From: a virus | IMG/VR virus record: IMGVR_UViG_3300035670_000035 | Span: 1-64,000 of that record | Length of the DNA: 64,000 nt | Direction: 5' to 3' (one strand) | Part shown: positions 16,989 to 26,630 of the stretch, piece by piece | Layout: every line of letters begins with the position of its first letter | How positions within the stretch are numbered: position 1 is the first letter of the stretch | Program-made: the position numbers and the translations under genes | The notes under the pieces: model-generated | Databases searched by the model: none | What the model was told of the DNA's origin: nothing | Seen by the model: the letters and a program-made list of their open reading frames with translations, nothing else

Positions 16989-17910
16989 GATGCTCCTTAT
17001 GATATTCGTGTCCTTTTTTAGTCAAAGCACGACCACTAGGTTTAATTTCAATAAGATGATTTCTCATTAAATATAGCTCAACATTTTTCTGCAACATATC
17101 TTTTGTAAGATTTGTTTTAGCAGAAAGATTAGTAAGTCTCAACTCACCATATTCCTTGAGCAATTTAATTACATTAAGTTCGATTTCTGTAAGGCCAAGA
17201 GGGTAGATAGACAATCTATCTTTAATCTCTAGCCAGCCAGTTTTATCTAGTTCTTTGGAATTTTTAGATGCCAAATAGGACGAAACTTGATTTGCCATAG
17301 ATTGAGCTTGTCTGGCATTACCACGACAAACACTAGCAACCTCATTTAAAACTTCTTCCTTTACAGATTGATTTTTAATTTTAAGATTGCCATTAATAAT
17401 CTTGCCAAGATCAATATAAGAATAATCTTCAAGATCAATTCTATAAAGACGATCAAGAAGTGCGTGAAACATTTTCTGTGCTTCGGTTGTGCAAAAGATA
17501 AAACTATTTTGATTAAATCTAAAAGTATATGTGCCATCTTCAAAAGTAAATTCATTACTATTACTATTATTTGGATTAAGAATAGTAAGAAGTGCCATAG
17601 TCACATCTCTAGGAAGTTCACTTGCTTCATCAAATATAATTGTGACATCTTTATCATAAACATAAGGCAACATAATTTGATTAAAGAAACTTTTTACATT
17701 TTTGATTGTAGAGCAATTAATGATAATAGTCTTTTCTCGCTTCATTAAATCTGCTGTCTTTTGGGCGATGAAAGTTTTTCCGCAACCTCTAGGTGCAACA
17801 AAAAGAAGATGAGGAATAATTTTAGTTTTGTTAAAGCCCTCAAGAAGAAAGTTCATTTTCTTCTTTACCTTATCTTGACCTATAACTTCGGAGTAGTTTT
17901 CTTGCGACAT
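16975..17910 (-). CDS. ruvB: RuvB-like AAA+ Holliday junction branch-migration ATPase
   Basis: VIGQDKVK, Walker A APRGCGKT, Walker B IIFDE, RGNARQA and a C-terminal winged helix (GLTEIE...ELYLMRNHLIEIKPSGRALT). Confidence 0.8.
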   Translation of the reverse strand: MSQENYSEVIGQDKVKKKMNFLLEGFNKTKIIPHLLFVAPRGCGKTFIAQKTADLMKREKTIIINCSTIKNVKSFFNQIMLPYVYDKDVTIIFDEASELPRDVTMALLTILNPNNSNSNEFTFEDGTYTFRFNQNSFIFCTTEAQKMFHALLDRLYRIDLEDYSYIDLGKIINGNLKIKNQSVKEEVLNEVASVCRGNARQAQSMANQVSSYLASKNSKELDKTGWLEIKDRLSIYPLGLTEIELNVIKLLKEYGELRLTNLSAKTNLTKDMLQKNVELYLMRNHLIEIKPSGRALTKKGHEYHKEHLEKN

Positions 17911-17916
17911 AGTGTG

Positions 17917-17945
17917 TTTATATACTAGTTTAAAAGTAAGATCAA
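17917..17945 (-). promoter_or_regulatory. sigma70-type promoter, leaderless arrangement
   Basis: TTGATC-N17-TATAAA-N6-ATG. Confidence 0.6.
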
Positions 17946-17947
17946 GT

Positions 17948-18160
17948 TTAATTTACTTGAAACTCAATTTGTTCTTCTAAACTCTGATATGTTTTAGTAT
18001 TGACTTCTTTTTCTATTCCTCTTATATTTAAATTGTCGAGGAATTTCTTTGATACGATAACAACAGCATCTTGCTTCAATACTTTGTTAAGTTCACTTAA
18101 CGGAACCATTGAAAAACAAAACGAACCTTTTTTTCTACCACGATTAGATTTCATCTTCAT
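17948..18160 (-). CDS. hypothetical basic protein
   Basis: RGRKKG AT-hook-like N-terminus. Confidence 0.6.
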   Translation of the reverse strand: MKMKSNRGRKKGSFCFSMVPLSELNKVLKQDAVVIVSKKFLDNLNIRGIEKEVNTKTYQSLEEQIEFQVN

Positions 18161-18332
18161 TCTCCTCTGCTACTTTTTCCATAGCTTTTAATAAATCAAA
18201 CTTCAAAGATTCTAATACGCCAATAACTTGATAAGCGGTCATATCGCTTTCGTGGGCATATCTTACAATATCCTTGTATAAGATTTGCCTCAACTGATTA
18301 CCAGCTTGACAATTAAAATTTTCTTCGCTCAT
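18144..18332 (-). CDS. hypothetical protein
   Basis: ATGA overlap. Confidence 0.6.
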   Translation of the reverse strand: MSEENFNCQAGNQLRQILYKDIVRYAHESDMTAYQVIGVLESLKFDLLKAMEKVAEENEDEI

Positions 18333-18625
18333 AGTTTTATTTCATTTATAAATGGATTCATTTGTATATTGTATTTAGTTATTCTAAATCCTAAACCAAG
18401 TATAGCAAATGTAAAGATTTTTCCATATTCGTATGATTCAAATGAAATGTTGGTCAATAAATTTAATTTAAATCCATACCAATTAGAATCATTATCCCAA
18501 GATGCTGTAAGACGATCTATATATTCACAATAACCAAGAGAAGTGGCAGGTAAGATTACTCCTATTGTAGTTTGCTTACCCAACCACCACTCTTTGCTTT
18601 GTGGAATATGTATTCCAAATTTCAT
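18329..18625 (-). CDS. hypothetical protein
   Basis: Starts directly after the rIIB stop. Confidence 0.6.
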   Translation of the reverse strand: MKFGIHIPQSKEWWLGKQTTIGVILPATSLGYCEYIDRLTASWDNDSNWYGFKLNLLTNISFESYEYGKIFTFAILGLGFRITKYNIQMNPFINEIKL

Positions 18626-19540
18626 TTAGCTCTTAATGAATCTCCCTGTTTTTGGGTCACGCTTGCTGTGATAATTAACAGAGGATTGCAAAGTGCCATC
18701 ATTGGCATAATCATTATCATCTTCATCATCCTCGTAATCATCTTCGTCATCATATCCAAACATCTCATTCATCGCTTCTTGAGCTTCTGGACGATAAGGG
18801 TGAATATAATTATCATAAACTTTGTCATAAAGTTCTTTATCTAGGGCTTTACGATACAAAGCTACTACCTCTAAACGAGATGCACGAAGTTTCTGACATT
18901 CACAATCTGTTGGAACAGATACAACATCAGCGGGATTAATCTTAACAATCACAAGATTACCACCACCATTGAAACTTTTTGCATATTCTTCTGAACCAGC
19001 GTGATAACCAGCAGAGCAACCAACATCTGCATTATCGCAAACTTGATTGCGAGCCATCTCACGAACCTGTCCGATTGAAAAATCGTGTTCGCCACTATAC
19101 CAATCTTTAAAGTCTGCACGAACACTCTTGTATGCAAGAAAATCTCCATCGGGAGTAAGGGGCATCTTCTTATGCTCCAAGAATTTATACAATTCATTTA
19201 CTGCCCTGCGAGAAGGATTTTGCATTAGCTTGTCAAGAAACTTAACAAGAGGCTCATAAGGCAAACCATTCTTAATAAAGTTTAAGATGCGATCTACAAC
19301 GATATTATGAATTTCCTCGCCAGCATAAGTCACAAGACCATCACGAACCTCGATCTTGCCGTGAGAGAATCGTGCAATAGCTTTGCTCTTGTCTAGTAGG
19401 TCTGGAAGGTCATCAAATCTGCCTTCACGAATTGCGGTGATAGCGTCATTCCAAACTGGATTTTCGCTAGTGATAGTCTTTGGCTCATCGTTAAGAACGA
19501 TGGTAAGACTACGATCAGTTAATATATATGGTATCTTCAT
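18626..19540 (-). CDS. rIIB: rIIB-like protein
   Basis: LMQNPSRRAVNELYKFL...TPDGDFLAYK...CSAGYHAG...VKINPADVVSVP; directly downstream of rIIA. Confidence 0.9.
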   Translation of the reverse strand: MKIPYILTDRSLTIVLNDEPKTITSENPVWNDAITAIREGRFDDLPDLLDKSKAIARFSHGKIEVRDGLVTYAGEEIHNIVVDRILNFIKNGLPYEPLVKFLDKLMQNPSRRAVNELYKFLEHKKMPLTPDGDFLAYKSVRADFKDWYSGEHDFSIGQVREMARNQVCDNADVGCSAGYHAGSEEYAKSFNGGGNLVIVKINPADVVSVPTDCECQKLRASRLEVVALYRKALDKELYDKVYDNYIHPYRPEAQEAMNEMFGYDDEDDYEDDEDDNDYANDGTLQSSVNYHSKRDPKTGRFIKS

Positions 19541-19561
19541 ATTTATAGTTTTACTCCTTTT

Positions 19562-21769
19562 TTAGTTTTTGTCAATAAGATTTATATATTCGGCAATCTT
19601 TTCAATTTTGGGTTTTGATTCAATTTGCCAAACATTAACGCAAGGTAGAAAGATATTCAACATAGAATACTTTTCTTTCACAGCTTTAACAAGTTTCTGT
19701 AAATCATAAGTTGGCTGGACATCTTTGAATTTAATATCAAACTCTGCATTTTTCAAAAACTCCAAAACTTCATTTACTTTCTTAAAGTTAGACTTTTTAT
19801 AGAACATAACCGCACTCAAATACTGAGCAAACTCACTATTGTTATTAGAGATAGAGCTATGTTTATTGATTCTTTCTGCAAGATCAGAAAACTCATCGCC
19901 ATCATCTTCTTTGATATGATTTTGCCAATGTTTTGAATCTATAACGAGTTGAGCAGTTTTATCAAACTCCTCACGAAGATTCTCCTCCATATACTCCCAT
20001 AGATTAACAAGATTTTTATTCTTGGAGATTACTTTCTTTTTGCTTTCAAAAGTCTTGGATTTAATTCCATAGATTTCTGTAATCTTGTCGCCAGTAAGTT
20101 CCTCATACTTTTCTAGCGTATCTTTGAATGAACCATTACCGATTAAGGTTGTTCCATTCTTTGCTACTGCTTGGAATGTATTGAGTTCTACATAGATAGC
20201 TTTATCGTTAGCAAGATCAATACTCATCGTTTCCCAATGAGAGGATTTAGTTCCCCAATTACGAGCATCATCACGCTTAAACTTAAAGATTTGAGAAGAA
20301 TGTTTCGGATTCTTTGGTGCTACGGATGAAGAACCAGAGCTAACTTGCTGAATACTAATCTTTTCGTAATCAGAAAGTTTAAGGTAATTCTTTTCTACAA
20401 GACCAAGTTCTTTATCAAATGTTTTTTTATCAGCATCAGTCTTAGGTGTGACAACATAAGCACCATCAATCTCATCACCTAGTTGATTCCAAAGTGTTGC
20501 CAAACGAAAAGTCACGCCTTGGTTAGAACCAGTATCATTAATAAGAATCTTGTGAGATTTTTCGCAAACAAATCTGGAGTTTTCTGCTTCTGAAACTAAC
20601 TTACTGCTTCTGCGAGACTTTTGATAAAATCTTACTACAATATCACCTGCCTCAATCTTTTTCATAATAGTTTGATTGAAAGGAAGCACTTGGTCATTAA
20701 TAACTTTGCCGTTCCATTGAATTTTATTATTTAAAGAGCTACGAACAATATAGCCAAGACTACCATAAGTTCCAAAAACTTCGTGATATAATGCTTTTAC
20801 ATCATAGATATTATCAGAGTTTTTGAATTGATTTGAGATTGATTCTGCAATTTCTTGTCTTACTTTCTTGAATTTAGCTTTGATAGCCTTCTTGGTCTTA
20901 TCGGTATATTCAAGACTCTCACGGCTTGCAGTAATATCGAGTTCACCTAGCTCAAAGTCTACTTCAAAACCTTGATTACAAAGACTTTCTAGTTCATCGT
21001 CCTTAAAATCTACATCGCTAGTATCAATACCATAACCAACACCCATAACTGCGACAGAATTAGAGCGACTATAATAGTCACTTTTCTCGCTATAATAACG
21101 CCAAGTTTTACCTTCAAATACAGGCTTGCGATCATAGACTTTTGCTAGTTCGTCTTTGCTTGCACCTTTGATAACTGGCTTATTCTTAAAGTGTTTGAAT
21201 AAATTAATAGCAGTATTCAAAAAGGTTTGAGTATCATCTTCACGAATCGGAACAGAAATCATAACGCCAGAAGGCTCGGAAGATTTTTCTTCTTTGAGCT
21301 TTACAATCTTACCGATTTTAGTCTCATCAATAAAAGCGTTGTAGGTAGTTTTCTTACCAGCGTGATAAGAAATCAAAACAAAGTTATCACCATAGCTGAA
21401 TGGTGCAAACTTACCAATGCCGTAATAGCCAATAGCGGAATTATTATTACGCTTTGTGGATTCACCATAAAAACAATAAAGATTCTTAATATCATCAGAT
21501 GAAAGACCATTACCAAAATCTCTGATAGTTAAGGTAGGGTCGAGCTTTGTAGGAAGTTTAACTTCGATGGAACGCTTGCTATTTGCTTCGATATTAGCGT
21601 CTTGTGCATTACAAGCGATCTCACGCAAAACTGCGAGAGGCTTGTTGGAATACAACTGATTGCGAAGGATGTTAAAGATATAAGGAAGTCCAGATTGCTT
21701 GATTCCAAAGCTAACAGAATCAAACTTATCAGACTCTACAACATTGATGGGTTTTTCGATTAATTTCAT
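19562..21769 (-). CDS. rIIA: rIIA-like protein with GHKL ATPase N-terminus
   Basis: LYSNKPLAVLREIACNAQDA, IRDFGNGLS and IGYYGIGK GHKL motifs. Confidence 0.9.
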   Translation of the reverse strand: MKLIEKPINVVESDKFDSVSFGIKQSGLPYIFNILRNQLYSNKPLAVLREIACNAQDANIEANSKRSIEVKLPTKLDPTLTIRDFGNGLSSDDIKNLYCFYGESTKRNNNSAIGYYGIGKFAPFSYGDNFVLISYHAGKKTTYNAFIDETKIGKIVKLKEEKSSEPSGVMISVPIREDDTQTFLNTAINLFKHFKNKPVIKGASKDELAKVYDRKPVFEGKTWRYYSEKSDYYSRSNSVAVMGVGYGIDTSDVDFKDDELESLCNQGFEVDFELGELDITASRESLEYTDKTKKAIKAKFKKVRQEIAESISNQFKNSDNIYDVKALYHEVFGTYGSLGYIVRSSLNNKIQWNGKVINDQVLPFNQTIMKKIEAGDIVVRFYQKSRRSSKLVSEAENSRFVCEKSHKILINDTGSNQGVTFRLATLWNQLGDEIDGAYVVTPKTDADKKTFDKELGLVEKNYLKLSDYEKISIQQVSSGSSSVAPKNPKHSSQIFKFKRDDARNWGTKSSHWETMSIDLANDKAIYVELNTFQAVAKNGTTLIGNGSFKDTLEKYEELTGDKITEIYGIKSKTFESKKKVISKNKNLVNLWEYMEENLREEFDKTAQLVIDSKHWQNHIKEDDGDEFSDLAERINKHSSISNNNSEFAQYLSAVMFYKKSNFKKVNEVLEFLKNAEFDIKFKDVQPTYDLQKLVKAVKEKYSMLNIFLPCVNVWQIESKPKIEKIAEYINLIDKN

Positions 21770-21775
21770 ATATTG

Positions 21776-21804
21776 AATTTAAATTAATTTTTAATTCGGG
21801 TCAA
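21776..21804 (-). promoter_or_regulatory. sigma70-type promoter, leaderless arrangement
   Basis: TTGACC-N17-TAAATT-N6-ATG. Confidence 0.7.
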
Positions 21805-21820
21805 GGTTTTTTTATTAAAT

Positions 21821-22111
21821 TTATTCAAACTTTCTACATCCTTGATGCTCAAAGGTTAATAACCCGCATCTATGACTTTCTGGATTAGAGCATACTCCCC
21901 AATCAGCACCTAGTTCGCCGTCTAGTTTATTAAAGTATTTGCAACCCATAGAGCAATCTGGATAATTTTCATTTTGATTTTGCCAGCGAATTACATTACC
22001 AAATGGCTTATAATCTTCTTCTTTTTTTATTACTATTTTAAGTAGGTGATCGTGATTATTCATAGCTATCTCTATCAATAGCAACCACATAAGGAAATCT
22101 TGGCACATCAT
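21821..22111 (-). CDS. Cys-rich DUF3027-like protein
   Basis: CxxGC...WGVCSNPES...EHQGC; true start probably MNNHD at the ligase stop. Confidence 0.5.
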   Translation of the reverse strand: MMCQDFLMWLLLIEIAMNNHDHLLKIVIKKEEDYKPFGNVIRWQNQNENYPDCSMGCKYFNKLDGELGADWGVCSNPESHRCGLLTFEHQGCRKFE

Positions 22112-23171
22112 CGGGCGTATAATTGAAAAACTTTATGGTAGCTTTTTTGCCAACAAGTTTATTTTTATCTTTAAGAAGTTTAGCTAGATAAGCAAAATCA
22201 CCTTTGATATTACTCTTAAATGCTCTGCCGTGTTTATTTTTAAATACCATATAGCCAGCAGTTCCTTTTCTATTACCTTCGCCTTCAACAACTTGTTGAA
22301 TAACAAACTCCTCATCCATAAAATCTTTTCTTTTAAGAAGATATTTACTACGCTTATTTTCGTAAGGGCGATTTAATCTAACCATTTGACCTTCATAGCC
22401 TTGGCTCATATACATTTCGTATGCTTGGTCAAGTTCTTCTTGAGTATTAACTTTGAGAGTTAAAACAACTTTAATCTTTTTGTATTGATTATTTTTTTCT
22501 AGGGCATCTTGGATTAAATCATATCTTTCATAAAAAGAATCTGTTTGAGAGCTTGAGCCAATTTTAGGTGCGTCATACACCCAATACTCAATAGTCTCTG
22601 CACTTTCTTCTAATTCTTCATCGGTAGGTTTTGTTCTTTTAACAAGTGAACAAATTTTATTAAAATCATTTGCTAACTTGTCACAATATAGTTCTCCATC
22701 GAGAATAGCGTTAGGGTATTTTTTGAAAAATAAATCTAAATTATCTCTAATATGAGGAGCAGAAATAATAGCCTTACCATTTCTGCTAAACATACCATCT
22801 TTGGTTGTGATGCAACGAATACCATCTAGTTTAGGTTGAGAATAAACAGGAAAATTAATGTCATAATCTTCATATTTGTGAGCCAGCATAGGCTCAAAAT
22901 ATTGAGTTTTATTAATATCTTTGATAGATTCAAAATAACCAGACTCTAATTTTTTCTTACGCTTTGCTTCTGCTTCTTTGATAGCTTGTTCTTCTGGAGT
23001 AGTAGAGTTGGAGCGACCAGCGTTCTTTACATCGCAATCTGTCCACTCATTAACAATCTTTTCGCCATCAGTATGCCCAGAAATTGTGCGGTATTGATTT
23101 CCTTTGACTTCAATAGTCCACTCTTGGACTTTACCAGTCTTTGTCTTTTTATAAATTGTAGGTAGCTTCAT
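22056..23171 (-). CDS. ATP-dependent DNA ligase
   Basis: Motif I QPKLDGIR, DGELY, EGQMVR and RSKYLLKRK. Confidence 0.95.
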   Translation of the reverse strand: MKLPTIYKKTKTGKVQEWTIEVKGNQYRTISGHTDGEKIVNEWTDCDVKNAGRSNSTTPEEQAIKEAEAKRKKKLESGYFESIKDINKTQYFEPMLAHKYEDYDINFPVYSQPKLDGIRCITTKDGMFSRNGKAIISAPHIRDNLDLFFKKYPNAILDGELYCDKLANDFNKICSLVKRTKPTDEELEESAETIEYWVYDAPKIGSSSQTDSFYERYDLIQDALEKNNQYKKIKVVLTLKVNTQEELDQAYEMYMSQGYEGQMVRLNRPYENKRSKYLLKRKDFMDEEFVIQQVVEGEGNRKGTAGYMVFKNKHGRAFKSNIKGDFAYLAKLLKDKNKLVGKKATIKFFNYTPDDVPRFPYVVAIDRDSYE

Positions 23172-23177
23172 AATGAA

Positions 23178-23206
23178 AGATTAAATTTAAATTAAAATAA
23201 AGTCAA
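23178..23206 (-). promoter_or_regulatory. sigma70-type promoter, leaderless arrangement
   Basis: TTGACT-N17-TAATCT-N6-ATG. Confidence 0.7.
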
Positions 23207-24021
23207 GACTTATTTAATATACGCTCAACTCTAATATAATTTCTAGATTCTTCAAGAATTTTGTATTCTGATGGAACCCAAAGCTCATCTCTTTTACCGA
23301 TTTCTTTATTAACCATCGCTAGAGTCCACATTTTAGTTATATCAAAACCTTTGCCTAATACATATTCTGATAATTGTAAATTTTCAACTCTTTGCTTAAA
23401 TGAATGAGGAATATGATAAATATATTCTGCCATATTAAAAAATATAATTCTTTTTAATCCTTCCCATCCTTTGTGAACTTCTACACGATCTTTCCAATCT
23501 GAAACAAATTGTTTTTCTATTCTTTTTATTATTTCTTCATCTTCAAAACCCCATACTGGCTTAAAATTCTCATTATATCCAAGGCCAAAATCTTTTTTAT
23601 TTACTAGCAAAAATCCAAGTGAGTATGGCATAAATTGATATGAACCAGTAATAAAATAATCATTTAAATAAAAATTATTATCTTTACTCTGGAATAAGAA
23701 TAAAGAATCCATCCATCTGTGGGCTAAATTAAAATAATCAACATCTAATTTTAGAAGTATTTTATTCTTTTCATCTGTATATTTTCGTGCAAGATTCCAC
23801 GCTTGACAACGATAAAAGTATTTTTCATTTTCAACTCTAACTATTTTTATATTTTCAAATCTATTAAGTTGTTCAAGAACAATCTTATTTTCTATAATAG
23901 GTTTTTTTGAACTCCAATCTACTACAACAAAATCTTTTATTCTTTCAACTTTTGTCCAAGATGGAAGCATTTTTTCTAACGCTTCCTCTCTATTCATTAA
24001 TCCTATGATACAGGAGATCAT
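23203..24021 (-). CDS. GT-A glycosyltransferase (GT2/GT7-like)
   Basis: VVVDWSS, DxD (LDVD) and GYNENF..WGFED motif. Confidence 0.8.
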   Translation of the reverse strand: MISCIIGLMNREEALEKMLPSWTKVERIKDFVVVDWSSKKPIIENKIVLEQLNRFENIKIVRVENEKYFYRCQAWNLARKYTDEKNKILLKLDVDYFNLAHRWMDSLFLFQSKDNNFYLNDYFITGSYQFMPYSLGFLLVNKKDFGLGYNENFKPVWGFEDEEIIKRIEKQFVSDWKDRVEVHKGWEGLKRIIFFNMAEYIYHIPHSFKQRVENLQLSEYVLGKGFDITKMWTLAMVNKEIGKRDELWVPSEYKILEESRNYIRVERILNKS

Positions 24022-24056
24022 TTACAATTCTAGTCTATACTGGATTAACCAACTTG

Positions 24057-24245
24057 TCAAATTTTGTTTTTTTTTGATTTATAAGGAGTTGCAATTTTAA
24101 GCAAGCTCCAAGTGCCATCTTTATTATCGTGCCAATCTATCGTATCACCAGTTTTCCAGCCCATTTTCTTCATTAAAGAATTAGGCAATTCAACATACAA
24201 ATAACCATCTTTCTCTTTAACCTCAAGAATATGAGGATTTTTCAT
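24057..24245 (-). CDS. AbrB/MazE-type DNA-binding protein
   Basis: YVELPNSLMKKMGWKTGDTIDW. Confidence 0.75.
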   Translation of the reverse strand: MKNPHILEVKEKDGYLYVELPNSLMKKMGWKTGDTIDWHDNKDGTWSLLKIATPYKSKKNKI

Positions 24246-24336
24246 TTTAAATCTGCCATTCGTGGAAGATTCTTAAATAAGTGTGCTATTTTTTTAATAT
24301 CTTCTGATGGTTCGTCAAATTCAAAATTAATTCTAT

Positions 24337-25005
24337 TCATTTAGGAGTCAAGACTTTGACAACAAATCTAATGCCTTTCCAATTAAGCCAATTTAAACCA
24401 TTAATTAGTCTTGTGCAAACTTTTGATACTCTCCAGCCAAGATTTTCTACAACACGCACATAATAATTAAAATAAAATCTATAAACTGGACAACGCATCT
24501 TCTTTTCGTGAAGCATAGTCTCTGCTTCCCATTTTAATTGAGATTCAATTCTGTCTTTGCTGGAATATTTATTATATTCTGGAAGAATTGTAAGAGTTTT
24601 TACTACACCATCAACCACAACAGCTTTCCAATCTGGATAAAAGTCTAACCCATCAATACTATCTCCATATACAACACAACCAAAAACAAAAGTGCCAGTA
24701 TAATCATCACGAAACTTCTCGTATTTTTTATCTACTACCCACTTTTGTTTATGAAGCGAAGGAAGTCTAATCCATCCATTATATTTTTTATTATCTTCTT
24801 CGATTTCTTCTTTGGTCTTATCTTCATAATGACCTTCAATTACTTCTTCATATAATTTATTATCTTTTAATACATAAGTAGAAAGACAGCTATCTTCAAG
24901 CTCTTTTGTTTGAAATTCCTCATCACGCCAATTACGATTTAGCGTCTTTAATGTAGCGTCAAGAGGAAGCTCTTGTTCTACTCGTACATAATTAAATAGT
25001 CCCAT
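24337..25005 (-). CDS. conserved phage hypothetical protein
   Basis: MGLFNYV...EFQTKEL pattern; TTGCCA-N17-TATAAT upstream. Confidence 0.7.
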   Translation of the reverse strand: MGLFNYVRVEQELPLDATLKTLNRNWRDEEFQTKELEDSCLSTYVLKDNKLYEEVIEGHYEDKTKEEIEEDNKKYNGWIRLPSLHKQKWVVDKKYEKFRDDYTGTFVFGCVVYGDSIDGLDFYPDWKAVVVDGVVKTLTILPEYNKYSSKDRIESQLKWEAETMLHEKKMRCPVYRFYFNYYVRVVENLGWRVSKVCTRLINGLNWLNWKGIRFVVKVLTPK

Positions 25006-25027
25006 ATTATAATATATTATATAGTAA

Positions 25028-25924
25028 TTATATTAATTTGGCAAATGATTTTTCTTTCATTTTTAATTCAAAATCTACATCTACATTTAATCCGTATGAA
25101 TCTGGTATGCGAGTTGCGTAATCAGCGTGTTTGCGTGGATTTTTGTGTCCTTCAATACTTTCTGAATAATGAAACAATGGAGTAGTATTCCAAGTAGAAT
25201 AAGCTAACTCAAAGGCTTGCTTCTCGGTTAATCCATCTGGATGACACTTGTGATGAAGATAATCAAAAGTAATTGGTATAGCTGTGACAGAATGAAAATG
25301 TCTCATAAGTTTTTTGATAGACCAGCAACTATCTTTGTCATCGTTTTCTATAACTAATCTGGTCTTAACATCCTCTGATAGTTTATCAAAGTTGCTCATA
25401 AACTTTTTGACTATGCTATTTAGATCGCCCTTGGAATTGTGTATGTGCATATTCATAGGCGAGTTATAGTTTAGTGGGCAACCAATCTGAGTCATAAACC
25501 AACCATAGAAATTTAATTCTTTGATTGTTTTATCTACTGCATTTTGATTGTCACTAGCAAGAACATTAAATTCACTAGGATGACAAGAAACTCTTACATT
25601 GGTAGATTGAATTAAAGATTTGATCTTATTGAATTGATCTAGTATTAGATTATAGTCTGGTAAATCTTGTAATGATACATTTGCCTTATCATAAGTAATA
25701 AGAGGAAATAGATCAGAAGATAATCTGTATGCGTGTCCATTATCTGCACAATATTTAATAGCGTGATAAGTCACATCCATATTGTTAAGAATACGAGAGG
25801 ACAACTCTCTCAACGCTTCTTCTCTAGGAAGTTGAGAGAATCTTTTATATGTCATTGTCTTAAACTTCTTGGGAGCATCTTGCTCCTCTAGAGTTAAGAC
25901 GATACAGCATACTCCTTTTTTCAT
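25028..25924 (-). CDS. uvsE: UV damage endonuclease UvsE/UvdE
   Basis: YRLSSDLFP, SCHP, NMHI, LVIENDD, FDYLHH, LFHYSES and HADY motifs. Confidence 0.92.
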   Translation of the reverse strand: MKKGVCCIVLTLEEQDAPKKFKTMTYKRFSQLPREEALRELSSRILNNMDVTYHAIKYCADNGHAYRLSSDLFPLITYDKANVSLQDLPDYNLILDQFNKIKSLIQSTNVRVSCHPSEFNVLASDNQNAVDKTIKELNFYGWFMTQIGCPLNYNSPMNMHIHNSKGDLNSIVKKFMSNFDKLSEDVKTRLVIENDDKDSCWSIKKLMRHFHSVTAIPITFDYLHHKCHPDGLTEKQAFELAYSTWNTTPLFHYSESIEGHKNPRKHADYATRIPDSYGLNVDVDFELKMKEKSFAKLI

Positions 25925-25930
25925 TATCTA

Positions 25931-25959
25931 AATATACTAAACATTGTCAATCTTGTCAA
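25931..25959 (-). promoter_or_regulatory. sigma70-type promoter, leaderless arrangement
   Basis: TTGACA-N17-TATATT-N6-ATG. Confidence 0.75.
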
Positions 25960-26338
25960 TATCTACTTTCTCGAAGAATCCAAAGCTATTCATCCTAGTT
26001 GTGCCGTGGAACTTATATTTGATAGTAAATCTTTCTGGCTCAATAATAGACAAGAATCTTCTGCCTTCTTCTGTCTCATATAAATAATAATCTTGACCTA
26101 TAATACATTCTATTCTGCACTCAAAAGTATCCACAAAACTATTCCATTCGTGTAAAGAAACCAACGCATCATATTCTGCTTTAATCTCTTGTAATCTAGT
26201 CTCTATTTTTTTATTAAGATTTAAATGTCTAGTTTGTTGTAGCTTATCAAGATTCGCAAGCTCAATCTTTGGAGCAGAGTATTCCGCTATATAAGAAGAA
26301 CTTGCACGATTCTCTAAAACTCTTTTGAAATCGGTCAT
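25937..26338 (-). CDS. DUF2452-like protein
   Basis: IIGQDYYLYE...FLSIIEP pattern. Confidence 0.5.
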   Translation of the reverse strand: MTDFKRVLENRASSSYIAEYSAPKIELANLDKLQQTRHLNLNKKIETRLQEIKAEYDALVSLHEWNSFVDTFECRIECIIGQDYYLYETEEGRRFLSIIEPERFTIKYKFHGTTRMNSFGFFEKVDIDKIDNV

Positions 26339-26511
26339 TTGTAAATATATGTAGATGAGCCGTTTTGTTTTTTTAATTCTTTTTTAATCAATGACTTATT
26401 GTTATTCTCTAACCATTTTATGCTATCATAGTTATTTTTAAAACTATGAGAGAAACAATTTCTTGGCTTGTCGCCTTTACCTGCTCCTTTATTTGGCATT
26501 TTTTCGTTCAT
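26335..26511 (-). CDS. small phage protein (58 aa)
   Basis: Manual translation MNEKMPNKGAGKGDKPRNCFSHSFKNNYDSIKW...; ATGA overlap with the next gene. Confidence 0.65.
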   Translation of the reverse strand: MNEKMPNKGAGKGDKPRNCFSHSFKNNYDSIKWLENNNKSLIKKELKKQNGSSTYIYK

Positions 26512-26610
26512 AAATATGACTTTTATTTATTTGGCATTTTTTGGTTAGCAAATATAGCTTTCTACTTATTTGGCAAAATATCATTAGCAAATATCATTGT
26601 TTATTTGGTA
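26489..26610. repeat. array of imperfect palindromes TATTTGGCA-N9-TAGCAAATA
   Basis: Full copies at 26528-26554 and 26567-26593 (39-bp period); half-sites at 26490-26498 and 26602-26610. Confidence 0.75.
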
Positions 26611-26630
26611 TTTTCTTGTTCGCAAATTGA

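Noticed and set aside
543-21723. Numerous antisense or alternate-frame ORFs in the track (e.g. 543..737, 2712..2972, 4490..4756, 13062..13295, 17368..17748, 18949..19197, 21227..21502)
   Set aside because: Nested within better-supported genes, with no promoter, RBS or motif support
24057-24245. MazEF-type toxin-antitoxin pair
   Set aside because: An AbrB/MazE fold is present but neither neighbour has a PemK/MazF or PIN toxin motif
26528-26593. CIRCE/HrcA operator
   Set aside because: N9 spacer and a TTAGCA substring are shared, but arm sequence and orientation do not match TTAGCACTC-N9-GAGTGCTAA
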